A stretch of DNA of 64,000 bases from an uncultured Planctomycetota bacterium (GCA_963823665.1 CAWGMQ010000010.1:1696001-1760000); one strand, 5' to 3'; shown: positions 44,167 through 55,963, counted from the first letter of the stretch. The notes: generated by a model from the letters alone, not told the origin. A program made the numbers and translations.

Positions 44167-47100
44167 ATGGGAGACGCGCTGATGATGAACATCCTGATCG
44201 ACTCCGCAAATTCCGCGGCCGGCCGCTGGGCGCCGTGGGTCGTCGCCGCATCCCTGGATGCGGCCCTGTTACTCGGCTTGATCGGGCTGGTGTGGGGTGC
44301 CATTCACAACCGCGTCGCGCCTCAGGTCGGCTACCTGCTCTTTCTCCTGGTTCCACTCAAGTTGCTTGTGCCGGTAGTCGTGACGCTCCCGGCCGAACTG
44401 GCGCGCTGGACGCCGTCGGGGCTAATGTCGTCATGGCTCCGATCAGCTCACGGCCCCGAGCAGATTTTAAGCCGGCCGCTGGTGGCACCGCCCATCGCTA
44501 CGGCGCGCACGGAATCCGCCGCGCCCTCCCAGCCCGGTTTCGCCCCTGGCTCGCGGTCACAGTCCGCCATGCCCGGTTCGAATCAAGAGCGATCCTCCGC
44601 GGAATTCCGATCCCCGCCGGCAGTCGAGCCCTGCGCGCGCGTGTCAGACCCAAAGGTAATCGACGCTCGCCGCCTGTCGACAACCGCCATGGTCATGATC
44701 GGCTGGCTGGCCGGTGTCCTGTTGCTGCTGGGACGGCTGGTCGTCACCCAACTTCGTTTTTGCGCATGGCTTCAGCATGGTCGTCCGCTCGATGAGTCGA
44801 CCATGGCCATCGACGTGCCCGAGCTGTGTCGCCGCGCAGGAGTGTCCGCGACGATCCGGATCGTGGAGCTCGATGGCATCGCCGCGCCCGCGGTGTGGGG
44901 CTTTGCTCGGCCCACGATCATCTTGCCGCAAGGACTTACCGCGTCTCTGAAGCCAGACCAACTGCGATGGGTCCTGTATCACGAGCTGGCCCATGTTCGT
45001 CGCTATGATCTGATCGTCGTCACGATGCAGCGGCTCGCGGCCGTCCTGCACTTCTTCAATCCGTCTATCTGGATCGCGAATCGCATGATCCATCAACTGC
45101 GCGAATACGCTTGCGACGATCTCGCGGTCACCATGAGCCAGGCGTCGGCAGTCGAGTCGGGCGAAGCGTTCTTGCAGATCTTGCGGCATGCCGATGGTCG
45201 CCGCCGCGGTATGAACGGGGCTCTCGGCGTCTTCGGCCTGGATTCGCGCGCCGCCTGTTTCCGCCGGGTTCACCGGTTGGTGGATGCCGAACGGTCGATC
45301 CGCCCCGCACCAGGGGCGTGGTCGCTGTGGGCCTTGATTTTCCTCGCCGTCATCTTGCTACCTCAGCTTCGCGCCGCCGGTGATGCCACTCCAGCCCGGT
45401 CCCAGAATCCCGCCACGGAATCGACGACGCCGGGCCAAGTGAACGCGAAGCAAACGACCAGCGATGCCCAGCCTCGAAAGGCTCAAGAATTCGCGCTGCG
45501 CGTCGTCGGGCCGGATGGGAAACCAGTACCGCGGGCCGTCGTCGAGCTTTACACTTATCCTGATCCTGTAATCGAAGAAGTGCGCCGGGGCAAGCTCGTC
45601 AAGCGTGAATCGAACGACGTGCTGGTGGCGACGGATGATCAGGGCGGGCTCGCGGTCGTGCTTCGGCAGGCGCCGATTAATTTCAATGTATATATCGAAA
45701 TTCCCGGCTACGGACCCTACTGCACGCGCTGGTCGTCGGAAGAGCATGCCGAGCCGATCCCGCCTCACTTCACGGCCGAGCTGGACGCGGCCTGGTCAAT
45801 CGGGGGAATCGTCGTCGACGCCGAAGGTAAACCCATCACGGGTGCCATCGTCTGGCCCAGTTTGGAATTCAAGAACCGTCCCGGCGACACTCAGCAGGGG
45901 TTTATCGGCACCAGGCTGAAGACCGATGCCGCGGGCCGGTGGCAGTTCGACAGCGTACCGGTCTCGTTAACTGATGTTCACGTGAACATCGATCATCCGA
46001 GCTTCCAGCCGGTGCGAAGGAAGTTGACACGCACGGAGTTTGGTGTCGAGCGCGGTCGACAACCGGCAGCCAGGCTCGTTCTGGATCGTGGCCTGACGGT
46101 CTTCGGCAAGGTCACCGACGAAGCGGGAAAGCCGATCCCGGGTGCCCTGGTGCGGACGAAGTATCTCAACAACATCCGCAAAGCGAAGACAGGAACCGAC
46201 GGCGCGTACCGGTTGCTCGGTTGCGAACCGGTCGCAACCCAGATCGTGGTTTCCGCCAAGGGCCGGGCCACCGACATGAAGGAGCTGAGTATCGCCCTGG
46301 ATATGGGACCGATTGATTTCCAGATGAAGCCCGGCGGCACCGTGCGCATTCGCGTGCTGGATGAGAAGGGTAACCCGGTTCCCAAGGCGCGCATCTTCTT
46401 CCAGCAGTGGCGCGTCCCCTTCTTCAAATACTTCGAGTTCGACCACGTTAGCCCGTATTCCGACGAGAATGGAATCTGGGTGTGGAATGAAGCGCCGCTC
46501 GACGAATTCAAAGCGGATATCTGCCGTCCAGGCGGGATGCAACTGCCGCGACAGTCACTGGTCGCCCGGGCGGAGGAGTACGTGTTTCGCGTGCCCGGTG
46601 CGCTGGTGGTCTCCGGCGATGTCATCGACGCCGCGACCCGAAAGCCGATCCCGGAGTTTCGCGTCGTCCCCGGGGGAGCAGACAACCAGGAGCCCGTATT
46701 CTGGAGGAGGAACCAGAGCTTCACGGCCAGGGGCGGTCAATACCGGATTGAAGAGACCCGGGGTGGTTCCGTTAATCTGATTCGTATCGAAGCGGAAGGA
46801 TATCAGCCAGCGATTTCGCGTGAAATAAAGAGCGACGAGGGAGCGATCTCGATCAATTTCGAGCTCAAGCGCGGGACGGGCATCGTCGCCAAAGTGGTTA
46901 CTCCGCGCAACCTCCCCGCGGCGGGGGCCAAGGTCGCGCTGGGTGTTCCAGGATCGCAGATCAGCGTCAAGAACGGTGAAATCAGTGATATTCAAACATA
47001 CTGTGCGCGAAACCACCGACAACGCCGGCGGTTTCCACTTCCCCCCGCAGGACAAGGACTTTCAGCTTGTGATCACGCACCCCTCGGGCTTCGCTCATAT

Positions 47101-47766
47101 CAGATCGACACCCGAATGGGATTTAGCGCGGATCATCCATCTGGAGCCATGGTCGAGGGTGGAAGGGACGTTTCGGATCGGCAAGGCGGCGGTCGCGAAT
47201 GTAGCGATCGGTATTGACGTCGTTCGCCTGGGGTCTTTCGGAAGGAACGGACCGACAATCTTCTCGCAACACCAAGCCACGAGCGGTTCCGACGGCCGGT
47301 TTGTCTTTGAGCGCGTCATCCCGGGCCGAGGACGGATTGGTCGGAGCCTCATGCTGATGGCGGATGAAGGCGCCAGGGAAGTGACCTCAACGTGCAAGAT
47401 TGCCGCGAGTTTCCCCGCCGGTCAAACCGTTCACATCGATCTCGGGGGAACCGGTCGAGCGGTGGTCGGCAAGCTGCAACCGCCCGAGGGGTTCCCCGGG
47501 AAGGTCCGCTGGAATTTCGCGATAGTCCATGTCCGGCCCGACGAGAAAGAGGAACGCGAAGATAGCCCGTTCATCATGGCCACCGTAGACCAAGACGGCA
47601 AATTCCGCATCGACGACGTGCCCGCCGGCCAGTATTCACTCAGCGTTCGGTTCGACCGGGATGGTGCAGGCCGTCTGGATCAGTACCGCTTCGCCGTGCA
47701 GCAAACCAATGAGGGCGCGCGGCGCAGCCGGTCGATCTGGGAACGCTGAAGCTACAGGAGCCTTGA
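44167..47766 (+). CDS. BlaR1-like M56 metallopeptidase with multiple carboxypeptidase-regulatory-like domains; frameshifts at ~47010 and ~47718
   Basis: TM segments, PAVWGFARPTIILP, HELAH (HExxH), FFNP and REYACDD; repeated G.VVD..GKPI.GA.V domains. Continues in ORF 46943-47749 and likely ends PVDLGTLKLQEP* at 47766. Confidence 0.88.
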
Positions 47767-47866
47767 CGCGGGGCGCACGGATGCACGGCAGCCACACGTG
47801 AATCGCAATTTCGCGATTGCCAGGCTCTCGCCGAGCCGCGCAGGCGTGGCTGCAGACTCCTGGAGC

Positions 47867-48208
47867 TCACGACGCTTCGTTTTTGCGCTCTGCAAGATTG
47901 AAGATGAGACCGAATGGATCGCGAACATAGCAACGAGGAACACTTGGGTCTTCATCTTCGATGCGACACCCGGCAGCGATCAGCCTTTTTTTTGCGATGC
48001 CCAGGTCCGAGACGTAAAACTCGAAGACCGGTCCGTAAGCGGGGCCCTGGGCAAGATAGAGGCAAAACGAGCCCGTCTCCAAGCCAACAAGCGTCTCAGT
48101 CCGGTGAGCAACTCGCAAACCGAGCACCGTCTCGTAGAAGCTCACCGCGTCGTTAAAGACTTCGCTCTGAATCAGAACGTCTCGCGATGACCGGGCCTCG
48201 AGCGTCAT
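47867..48208 (-). CDS. VOC/glyoxalase family protein
   Basis: AVSFYETVLGL, FEFYVSDL..AKKRLIAAGC and CYVRDPFGLIFNL. Confidence 0.85.
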   Translation of the reverse strand: MTLEARSSRDVLIQSEVFNDAVSFYETVLGLRVAHRTETLVGLETGSFCLYLAQGPAYGPVFEFYVSDLGIAKKRLIAAGCRIEDEDPSVPRCYVRDPFGLIFNLAERKNEAS

Positions 48209-48524
48209 TGTATTAACTCTGGTTTTGTGCGGCTTCGCCTGACGCCGTGATTTTGCGTGTCTCTTGCATGATTATGTTGGTTCGCGGCGGGCGAGGCAAG
48301 CACTGCGCGAAAACGTCGCCGCGCTTGTCGCACGCGGCGAACTCCTGGTATAACGAGCCTCTCTGACACGATCGTGGCCGCCCGCGCCACGATCATGTCG
48401 ACGCACCCGGGCCCCATTCCTTCAGAAGCGTCCTGACATTGATGCGAAGGGCTGTCCCTCCCGCGTGCTTGCGATGCGGCGTCTTGCCCTGACGTGATGT
48501 TGCCCTCTCCCAGGAGTTTCCCCG

Positions 48525-50546
48525 ATGCGGCAAGCACTCGTTCTCGTATACATGCTATGCAGCGCGGTCTCTCAGGCGGGTACTCAGGCGCCGCCGAAGG
48601 CCGTCGTAACGGGGCTCACGAACCCGGAGTCGGTCGTGGTAGATCCACAGGGACAGGTCTTCGTCTCGGTCATGGGCGAGGCCGACCGCGACGGTGACGG
48701 CGCCGTCCTCAAGATCGATCATGGTAAAGCAGTTCCGTTCGCCTCGGGTTTCGATGACCCGAAGGGGTTGGTGGCGTACGACCGTTGGCTCTTCGTGGCC
48801 GACAAGCATCAGGTCTGGCGGATCGACGGCGAGGGCAAAGCGGAGGTCCTCGCGCCCACGTCGGCATTCCCCACGCCCCCGCTGCTACTCAACGATCTGG
48901 CGGTCGATGTCGAGACCGGCACTCTTTATGTAACGGATTCGGGAGACTTGAAGGGAGCGGGTGGGGCGGTCTACCGGATCTCGCCGAAGGGCGCTGTGAG
49001 CCTGATCCTGGACAAGAAGCGAGTTCCGGACCTGCACACGCCGAACGGCTTGCTGCTCGACGGTGCTTCGCACCTTTTGCTGGCCGATTTCGGCACGGGC
49101 GCACTCTACCGTATCAAGCTGGTGGATCAGTCGATCGAGAAGATCGCCGATGGCTTGGGGTCCGCAGATGGCCTTGCGTGGGACCAGTTCGGTCGCCTTT
49201 TCGTGAGCGACTGGAAGGGAGGTCGCGTCTTCGTGATCGCGCGGCCCGGAGCAAAGCCCGTGCTCCTGGCCCAGGGGCTCACAAATGCGGCCGATCTCAC
49301 CGTGGAATCCGCAACAAAGCGGCTCTTGATTCCCGACATGGGTGGCGGCAAGATCGCCGCGGTGGCGATCACCGCTCCAGGCTCGGAGGTCAACGAGGAA
49401 CCGCTTTCGTTGCAAACGAGTGTGGCCTTCCCCAACCTGCAGTGGGCCGGTTGGAAAGGCGAAACCGACGATGGCCGCGTCAATACCCTGCGGCCGGTGG
49501 TGCTGACCCATGCCGGCGACGGTTCGAACCGAATCTTTGTCGGCACGCAGCACGGCGTGATCCATGTTTTCCCCAACGACCAGGCGGCGACCCAGACCAC
49601 CCTTTGCCTGGATATTCAGGATCGAGTTTCTTACAAGGACGAAACCAACGAGGAAGGTTTCCTGGGACTCACGTTCCACCCTCGTTTCAAGGAAAACGGT
49701 TATTTCTACGTCTTCTATACGTCGAAGTCGGAACGGCTGACGAACATCGTATCGCGATTCCAGTTGCGCAAGGGTGACCCCAACCAGGTCGACCCGGCCT
49801 CCGAGGTGGAGATCATGTGCTTCAAAAAACCTTACTGGAACCACGACGGCGGCACGATCATCTTCGGTCCGGACGGCTTCCTTTACGTCACGCACGGCGA
49901 CGGCGGTGCCGGCAACGACCCCCACGAGAACGGCCAGAATCTCGGGACGTTGCTTGGAAAGGTGCTTCGCATCGACGTTGACCACCGCGAAGGCGGCAAG
50001 AATTACGCAATCCCCAAGGACAACCCCTTCGTCGACCGTCCTGGCGCCCGCCCCGAGATCTGGGCTTATGGCATTCGCAACATCTGGCGCATGGCGTTCG
50101 ATCGCAAGACCGGCCAGCTCTGGGCGGGCGAGGTCGGCCAGAACCTCTGGGAGGAAATTGACATCATCGTCAAGGGTGGCAATTATGGCTGGAACCTCCG
50201 CGAGTCGCTGCACCCGTTCGGGCAAAAAGGGGTTGGCCCCCGGCCCGAACTGATTGACCCGATCTGGGAGTACTACCACTTCGACACGGGCAAATCGATT
50301 ACCGGGGGCAGCGTCTACCGTGGAACTCGGCTGCCCGAGCTGGATGGAGCTTATCTTTACGCTGATTACGTGAGTGGTCGTCTCTGGGCGCTGCGTTATG
50401 ATGAGACACAACGGCGCGTCGTCGAGAACCGTCCCATCCCCTCGCGCGGCCTGCCCGTCCTGTCATTCGGCGAGGACGAGCGAGGTGAGATCTATTTCCT
50501 GACCACCACCGTCACCGGCAAAGGAATCTATTGGTTCACCAAGTGA
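48525..50546 (+). CDS. PQQ-dependent glucose/sorbosone dehydrogenase family protein with an N-terminal SMP-30/gluconolactonase-like propeller
   Basis: Signal peptide; NPESV, LNDLAVD, PNGL and ADGL in the first propeller; EEGFLGLTFHP, NHDGG.I.FGPDG.LY, GKVLRIDVD, IP.DNPF, WAYGIRNIWR and GGNYGW. Confidence 0.9.
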   Translation: MRQALVLVYMLCSAVSQAGTQAPPKAVVTGLTNPESVVVDPQGQVFVSVMGEADRDGDGAVLKIDHGKAVPFASGFDDPKGLVAYDRWLFVADKHQVWRIDGEGKAEVLAPTSAFPTPPLLLNDLAVDVETGTLYVTDSGDLKGAGGAVYRISPKGAVSLILDKKRVPDLHTPNGLLLDGASHLLLADFGTGALYRIKLVDQSIEKIADGLGSADGLAWDQFGRLFVSDWKGGRVFVIARPGAKPVLLAQGLTNAADLTVESATKRLLIPDMGGGKIAAVAITAPGSEVNEEPLSLQTSVAFPNLQWAGWKGETDDGRVNTLRPVVLTHAGDGSNRIFVGTQHGVIHVFPNDQAATQTTLCLDIQDRVSYKDETNEEGFLGLTFHPRFKENGYFYVFYTSKSERLTNIVSRFQLRKGDPNQVDPASEVEIMCFKKPYWNHDGGTIIFGPDGFLYVTHGDGGAGNDPHENGQNLGTLLGKVLRIDVDHREGGKNYAIPKDNPFVDRPGARPEIWAYGIRNIWRMAFDRKTGQLWAGEVGQNLWEEIDIIVKGGNYGWNLRESLHPFGQKGVGPRPELIDPIWEYYHFDTGKSITGGSVYRGTRLPELDGAYLYADYVSGRLWALRYDETQRRVVENRPIPSRGLPVLSFGEDERGEIYFLTTTVTGKGIYWFTK

Positions 50547-50601
50547 TCGCGCGGCGGACCGAGTACGAACGGCGCGTGGTCGGCGTGGGAGCGGATGTGC
50601 C

Positions 50602-52042
50602 GTGAAGTCAGTTACGATCATCGGCGGCGGATTCTGCGGCACTCTAACTGCCGTCAATCTAGCCCGCTTGAGTACCGATTCTCTACGCGTCAACATCGTG
50701 AACAAGCAGTATCCGCTCGGCCGCGGGGTCGCGTACGGGACGCCGCGCCCGGAACACCTGCTCAATGTGGTCGCCCGTAATATGTCGGCGTTCCCGGATG
50801 TGCCGTTGCATTTCGTCGAATGGCTTCGCAATCGGGCTGACTTCGCTGACATTCCGCTCGGGGATCTTCGCGAACAATTCGTTCCTCGTCGCGTTTTTGG
50901 GGACTATCTCCAGGACATCTTGTTCTGGCACGCACAACCCGTGGCCGGGCCGGCTAGGGTGCAGATTCACACGGTCGAAGACGAAGTCCTTGACGTTGCA
51001 CCGGCCGCGCAGCGCGGAAGTCGTGCTTGCCGGCGGCGACACCCTTCAGGCGGACCGAGTCGTTCTCGCCACGGGAAACCTTGCGCCGCACGAGCTTGCT
51101 TCCGGGGCTCTCGTACACGATCATCCCGCTTACTTCGCCAATCCGTGGTGCGGGTGGTACGAAAAACTACCAGACTCACATGAAGATATTCTGCTGGTCG
51201 GAACCGGCCTCACCATGATCGATGTCTTCTTGACGATTCGGAGCGCCGGGTGGTGCGGGACGATTTTTGCCCTTTCGCGCAATGGCCTTTTACCGCTTCC
51301 GCATTTCAAGGGGAGCGACTACTCGCAATTCCCACCGGACGATGTGGAATCATTGGGCCTGAGCAGGCTTGTGACCTTGATGGAAGAGCACTGCGCCCGG
51401 GTCCGGGCGGATGGGCTGAACCCGGCGGTGGTGGTTGACAAGCTTCGCCCGTTCACTCAGCGCATCTGGCGCAACTTCTCCGTCGCGGAACGGCTGGAGT
51501 TTTCTCGGCGTTTCCGTACCCGCTGGAACGTGGTCCGGCACCGCATCCCGCCTGCGGTCGCATCGCAGATTGAAGCCTCTCAGAAAGAGAAGACGCTTCG
51601 TATTCTCAAGGGAAGCCTTCAGGAAATCCGGGGCCACGGCGACCGGATACGCGCGTTAATCGACCCGGGAAACGGGCTGCCGTCGCACGAGCTCGTAGTG
51701 GGAACGCTGGTCAACTGCACCGGCCCCCGAGAGTCGGTGAACGATACGCCAGAGACGCTCTTCAGGAACTTGATTGGACGAGGACTCATTCGCCCAGACG
51801 AGCTCGACATGGGAATTGAGGTTACGCCAGACTTCGCCGTCGTTGACAAAGAAGGGCGAGCCTCAGATTATCTTTTTGCAATCGGTCCCTTGCTGAAGGG
51901 GACGCTTTGGGAGACGACTGCGGTTCCCGAGCTGCGCTCACAGGCTTATCAGATCGCAAAAGCCCTGATAACCCACGAAGAGCGGCACGAGCCGGAATGG
52001 GTGCAAGAGACGCCAGAGAATCTCGTGGAATACTACATCTAG
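50602..52042 (+). CDS. FAD/NAD(P)-binding protein (YdhS-like); frameshift at ~51005
   Basis: IIGGGFCG, GRGVAYGT..HLLNV.A..MSAF, FVPRRVFGDYL, GTGLTMID, RHRIPP, NCTGP and G.LWETTAVPELR.QA. Confidence 0.88.
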
Positions 52043-52122
52043 CGGCACGTTCTGCCCCAGCAAGTCGGCGGTGACCGGTTTTTGGTAGCGGCCAGTTCTC
52101 CGCCGGGGTATAACCGGACGGC

Positions 52123-52701
52123 ATGGCCGACGTCACGCAGATCTTGGCCGCCATCGAACAGGGCGACCGGCACGCCTCGGAGGAGCTGCTGCCGCTCGTC
52201 TACGACGAGCTGCGCAAGCTCGCCGCCGAGAAGCTGGCCCACGAACAGCCGGGTCAGACCCTGCAAGCGACCGCGCTGGTCCATGAGGCGTACCTCAGGC
52301 TGCTGGGCGGGAAGCAGACCCAGGATTGGGGCGGCCGCCGCCACTTCTTCGCCGCCGCCGCCGAGTCCATGCGCCGTATCCTGATCGACCGCGCCCGGCA
52401 CAAGCAGACCAAGAAGGCCGGGGGCGGCGGCCGCCGCCTCGACCTCGACGACATCGAGCCGATCCTGGAGGAGGAGAACGGCGACCGCTTACTCGCCCTG
52501 GACGAAGCCCTCCGGCAGCTCGAAGCGGAAGACCCGCGCAAGGCCGAGCTGGTCAAGCTCCGGTTCTTCGCCGGCCTCACCGCCCTACAGGCAGCCGCAG
52601 CGCTGGGCGTCTCCACCTCCACTGCCGAGAAGGACTGGGCGTACGCCCGGAGCTGGCTCCGGGTGGCGATCAACCGCATGTCGTCCGGCCACCAGCCCTG
52701 A
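52123..52701 (+). CDS. ECF sigma-70 factor, planctomycete TIGR02999 type
   Basis: VTQILAAIEQGD..ASEELLPLVYDELRKLAA, TLQATALVHEAYLRL, MRRILIDRAR, LRFFAGL and DWAYARSWL. Confidence 0.95.
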   Translation: MADVTQILAAIEQGDRHASEELLPLVYDELRKLAAEKLAHEQPGQTLQATALVHEAYLRLLGGKQTQDWGGRRHFFAAAAESMRRILIDRARHKQTKKAGGGGRRLDLDDIEPILEEENGDRLLALDEALRQLEAEDPRKAELVKLRFFAGLTALQAAAALGVSTSTAEKDWAYARSWLRVAINRMSSGHQP

Positions 52702-52720
52702 CCGACCGCGAAAAAAAGCG

Positions 52721-52789
52721 TTACGGGTTCGGCCCCGGTTTCTCGCATTAGGTTCTGGACGGGCCTCGCGGCCCGCTACTGAGGCTCCC
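52721..52789 (+). promoter_or_regulatory. Conserved 69-bp kinase leader, copy 1 of 4 (others at 55991-56059, 59094-59162, 63217-63285)
   Basis: TTAC.GGT.CGGCCCCG.TT.CTCGCAT...CTGGACGGGCC..hairpin..SD, starting exactly 69 bp before each kinase ATG. Confidence 0.75.
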
Positions 52790-55700
52790 ATGACCGAATC
52801 GCCACCCGACAACGAGGCGATCTTCTACGCCGCCCGGCAGGTTCCCGACCCGGACCGTCGGCGCGAGTTCGTCCGGGAGGCGTGCGGCCCAGACGAGGCA
52901 CGAATCGCCCGCATCGAGGCGCTGCTGGCGGCCGCCGAAGGCCCCGACAGCCTGCTGGACCGTCCAGTCCCGGCAACTGCCGTGGCGGCCTTCGGCCAGC
53001 CTGCCACGGAGAGCCCCGGCACGGTGATCGGCCCGTACAAGCTCATCGAGCAGATCGGCGAGGGCGGCATGGGCAGCGTCTGGATGGCCCAGCAGACCAA
53101 GCCTGTCTACCGCCTCGTCGCCGTCAAGCTGATCAAGGCGGGAATGGACTCCCGGCAGGTCATCGCCCGCTTCGAAGCCGAGCGGCAGGCGCTGGCCCTC
53201 ATGGACCACCCCAACATCGCCCGTGTGCTCGAGGGCGGCACCACCGGCGCTGGCCGGCCATATTTCGTCATGGATCTCGTCAAGGGTGTCCCGATCACCC
53301 GCTATTGCGACGAGCACCACCTCACGCCGCGGCAGCGGCTCGAACTGTTCATCACGGTCTGCCAGGCTGTCCAGCACGCTCATCAGAAGGGCATCATCCA
53401 CCGCGACTTGAAACCTACCAACGTGCTGGTCGCCCTCTATGATGGCAAGCCCGTGCCTAAGATCATCGACTTCGGCGTCGCCAAGGCGGCCGGGCAACAG
53501 TTGACCGACAAGACGCTGGTCACCCACTTCGGGGCAATCGTCGGCACGCTGGAATACATGTCGCCCGAGCAGGCGGAGTTGAACCAGCTCGACATCGACA
53601 CGCGCAGCGACATCTACTCGCTGGGCGTGCTGCTGTACGAGCTTTTGGCCGGCAGCCCGCCGTTCAGTCGCAAGGAGCTGACTCAGTCCGGCATGCTGGA
53701 AATGCTCCGCGTGATCCGCGAGCAGGAGCCAACCAAACCCAGCACGAAACTGAGCACTTCGGACGGCTTGCCGACCTTGGCCGCCAACCGCGGGACAGAG
53801 CCGGCGAGGCTGACCAAGCTGCTGCGTGGCGAACTTGATTGGATCGTGATGAAAGCGCTCGAAAAGGACCGCAACCGCCGCTACGAGACCGCCAACGGAT
53901 TCGCGATGGACGTGGCGCGCTACCTGGCCGATGAGCCGGTGCGGGCCTGTCCGCCGTCGGCCGGGTACCGGCTCCGGAAGTACGCCCGGCGCAACCGGGG
54001 TGGGCTGGCGGTGGCCGCGCTCTCGCTGTTCTTCCTCGTGCTTCTCGGTAGCGGCGTCGGGTGGGTCGTGCGCGATCGGTCGGCGCGGGAGATGGAAGCG
54101 GCCCGGCAACAGGGGGAGCGGCAGGCGAAGGTGGCCGGGCAGGTCATTTCGATCTTTGGCGAGGTAAACCGGCTGGAGAACGAGCAGAAGTGGCCCGAGG
54201 CCCTGGAGGCGGCCCGGCGGGCCGAGGCGGCCGTGGCCGTCGGCGAGGCAGATCCGGCAACCGCCGAGCGGGTCCACCAGCAGTTGAGGGAACTTGAGTT
54301 CATCGACCGGCTGGAGCGAATCCGGATGGAGAGGGCAACGCACGTTGAAGGGGTGTTCGACATTGCCGAGGCGGATCGGGATTACGCCCGGGCCTTCCGC
54401 GAGTACGGCGTCGATGTCGACGAGCTGCCGGTCGAGACGTCGATCGACCGGCTCAAGGCCCGCCCGCCACTCGCCGTCGTCTTGGCGGTGGCACTGGACG
54501 ACTGGGCTCGCGCCCGGCGCCAGGTCCCGCAACAGGATGCCGGCGGCTGGAAGCGGCTCGCGGCCGTGGCACGCGGTATCGACCCGGAGCCCCTGCGGGA
54601 CCGGGTCCGGGCGGCCTGGGGCCAGCCCGTCGCCAACGTGCCCGACGACCTGCTCCGGCTGGCCGACTCGATCGACGTTCGGGCCCAACACACCGCGACG
54701 CTCGACTTGCTCACCCGCACCCTCCGGCAGGTTCAGCATACCGACTCCGCGCTTCGGATTCTGCGGGAGGCGCACTTTGTCCACCCGGGCGATTTCTGGC
54801 TCAATTTCGAGCTGGGCCATGCGCTCCAGCAACAAGGAGACTACGAGGGCGCGGTTCGGTTCTACACCGCGGCCGTAGCCAGCCAACCGAGTTCGGCTGG
54901 CGCCCACAATAACCTCGGCAACGCCCTGTCCGCCCAGAAGCAGCCGGACGAGGCCATCGCCTGCTACCGCAAGGCCATCGAGCTCGACCCGAAATTCGCC
55001 GGCGCTTACCGCAACCTTGGCCTCGCCCTGCGCGACCAGGGCAAGCTGGACGAGGCCATCGTCGCCTTCGAAGAAGTCACCCGGCGCCAGCCGGATTTCC
55101 CCGAGGCGCATTTCGGACTTGCTTCAGTCCTCGCTCAGGCGAAGCAATGGGATCGCTCGGCTGGTGTCTACGCAGCAGCACTGAAGCGGTTTGGCGCCGA
55201 TCAATGGCCTGGGCCATGGTTTGAAGCCATCCGCTCCGACGAAGTTTTCACGCGCTTGACGGCCCAGCAACCGGATGCTCGCCTCCCTTGGATCGTCCGG
55301 GCTCGCCTCCATGTCTTCGAGCGCGACTGGAAACGCGCCGCGGCGGACTATACCCGCGCGAGCGAATCGTGGGCAAGCATGGGCCCGGCCGAACTCGCGC
55401 CGGAGGGCGATGACCTGCTTAGCTATGGCTGCCTGTTGCTCTTCTTGGGCGACCGCCACGGCTACGAGCAGTTTTGCAAAAAGTGGGCGGATGCGGTGGG
55501 CGACTCCCCGGCTTGTCGGTACAGCTTGGCGCGCGTCCGGGCGATGAGCCCCCGGCCGGTTGTCCCCGCGCAGCAGATCGTCGAGCTGGCTGGGAAGATC
55601 CTCCAGGCTGGTAGGTATCCCTGGGATCTACACGTCCTGAGCCTCGCCCACTACCGCAATGGGGAATTCGAACTGGCGGCCGAGCGCGCCCTTGAGTCGA

Positions 55701-55963
55701 ACGGGGGGAACTGGCGCGGCAGCGCAAAAGCTCTCAATTGGGTCGTCCTGGCGATGGCCCATTCCCGCCTGGGTCATGCGGCAGACGCGCGCAAGTCCCT
55801 GCAGCAGGCCCTCAAACTGGCCGGCCGAGCGAGCCCCGAGCAACTCCCCGGAGTGGAATGGCAGGACATGGCAGCGCCCGACGTCGTCGAATTCGAGCTC
55901 CTTCGCCGCGAGGCCGAGGAGCTCATCAACCCCAGATCGAAGGAAAAACCGGATAAGAAATAA
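52790..55963 (+). CDS. Ser/Thr kinase-TPR protein, array copy K1 (1057 aa)
   Basis: Complete Hanks motifs (GEGGMG, VAVK, HRDLKPTN, DFG, SPE), TM segment, helical linker, four 34-aa TPRs at 54794-55201 and a C-terminal helical domain. Confidence 0.95.
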   Translation: MTESPPDNEAIFYAARQVPDPDRRREFVREACGPDEARIARIEALLAAAEGPDSLLDRPVPATAVAAFGQPATESPGTVIGPYKLIEQIGEGGMGSVWMAQQTKPVYRLVAVKLIKAGMDSRQVIARFEAERQALALMDHPNIARVLEGGTTGAGRPYFVMDLVKGVPITRYCDEHHLTPRQRLELFITVCQAVQHAHQKGIIHRDLKPTNVLVALYDGKPVPKIIDFGVAKAAGQQLTDKTLVTHFGAIVGTLEYMSPEQAELNQLDIDTRSDIYSLGVLLYELLAGSPPFSRKELTQSGMLEMLRVIREQEPTKPSTKLSTSDGLPTLAANRGTEPARLTKLLRGELDWIVMKALEKDRNRRYETANGFAMDVARYLADEPVRACPPSAGYRLRKYARRNRGGLAVAALSLFFLVLLGSGVGWVVRDRSAREMEAARQQGERQAKVAGQVISIFGEVNRLENEQKWPEALEAARRAEAAVAVGEADPATAERVHQQLRELEFIDRLERIRMERATHVEGVFDIAEADRDYARAFREYGVDVDELPVETSIDRLKARPPLAVVLAVALDDWARARRQVPQQDAGGWKRLAAVARGIDPEPLRDRVRAAWGQPVANVPDDLLRLADSIDVRAQHTATLDLLTRTLRQVQHTDSALRILREAHFVHPGDFWLNFELGHALQQQGDYEGAVRFYTAAVASQPSSAGAHNNLGNALSAQKQPDEAIACYRKAIELDPKFAGAYRNLGLALRDQGKLDEAIVAFEEVTRRQPDFPEAHFGLASVLAQAKQWDRSAGVYAAALKRFGADQWPGPWFEAIRSDEVFTRLTAQQPDARLPWIVRARLHVFERDWKRAAADYTRASESWASMGPAELAPEGDDLLSYGCLLLFLGDRHGYEQFCKKWADAVGDSPACRYSLARVRAMSPRPVVPAQQIVELAGKILQAGRYPWDLHVLSLAHYRNGEFELAAERALESNGGNWRGSAKALNWVVLAMAHSRLGHAADARKSLQQALKLAGRASPEQLPGVEWQDMAAPDVVEFELLRREAEELINPRSKEKPDKK

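Noticed and set aside
40012..55111. Long antisense ORFs 40012-42084 (+), 48885-50411 (-) and 52748-55111 (-); likewise 21938-23227 and 31422-32612
   Set aside because: Shadows of well-supported opposite-strand genes, expected in high-GC DNA.
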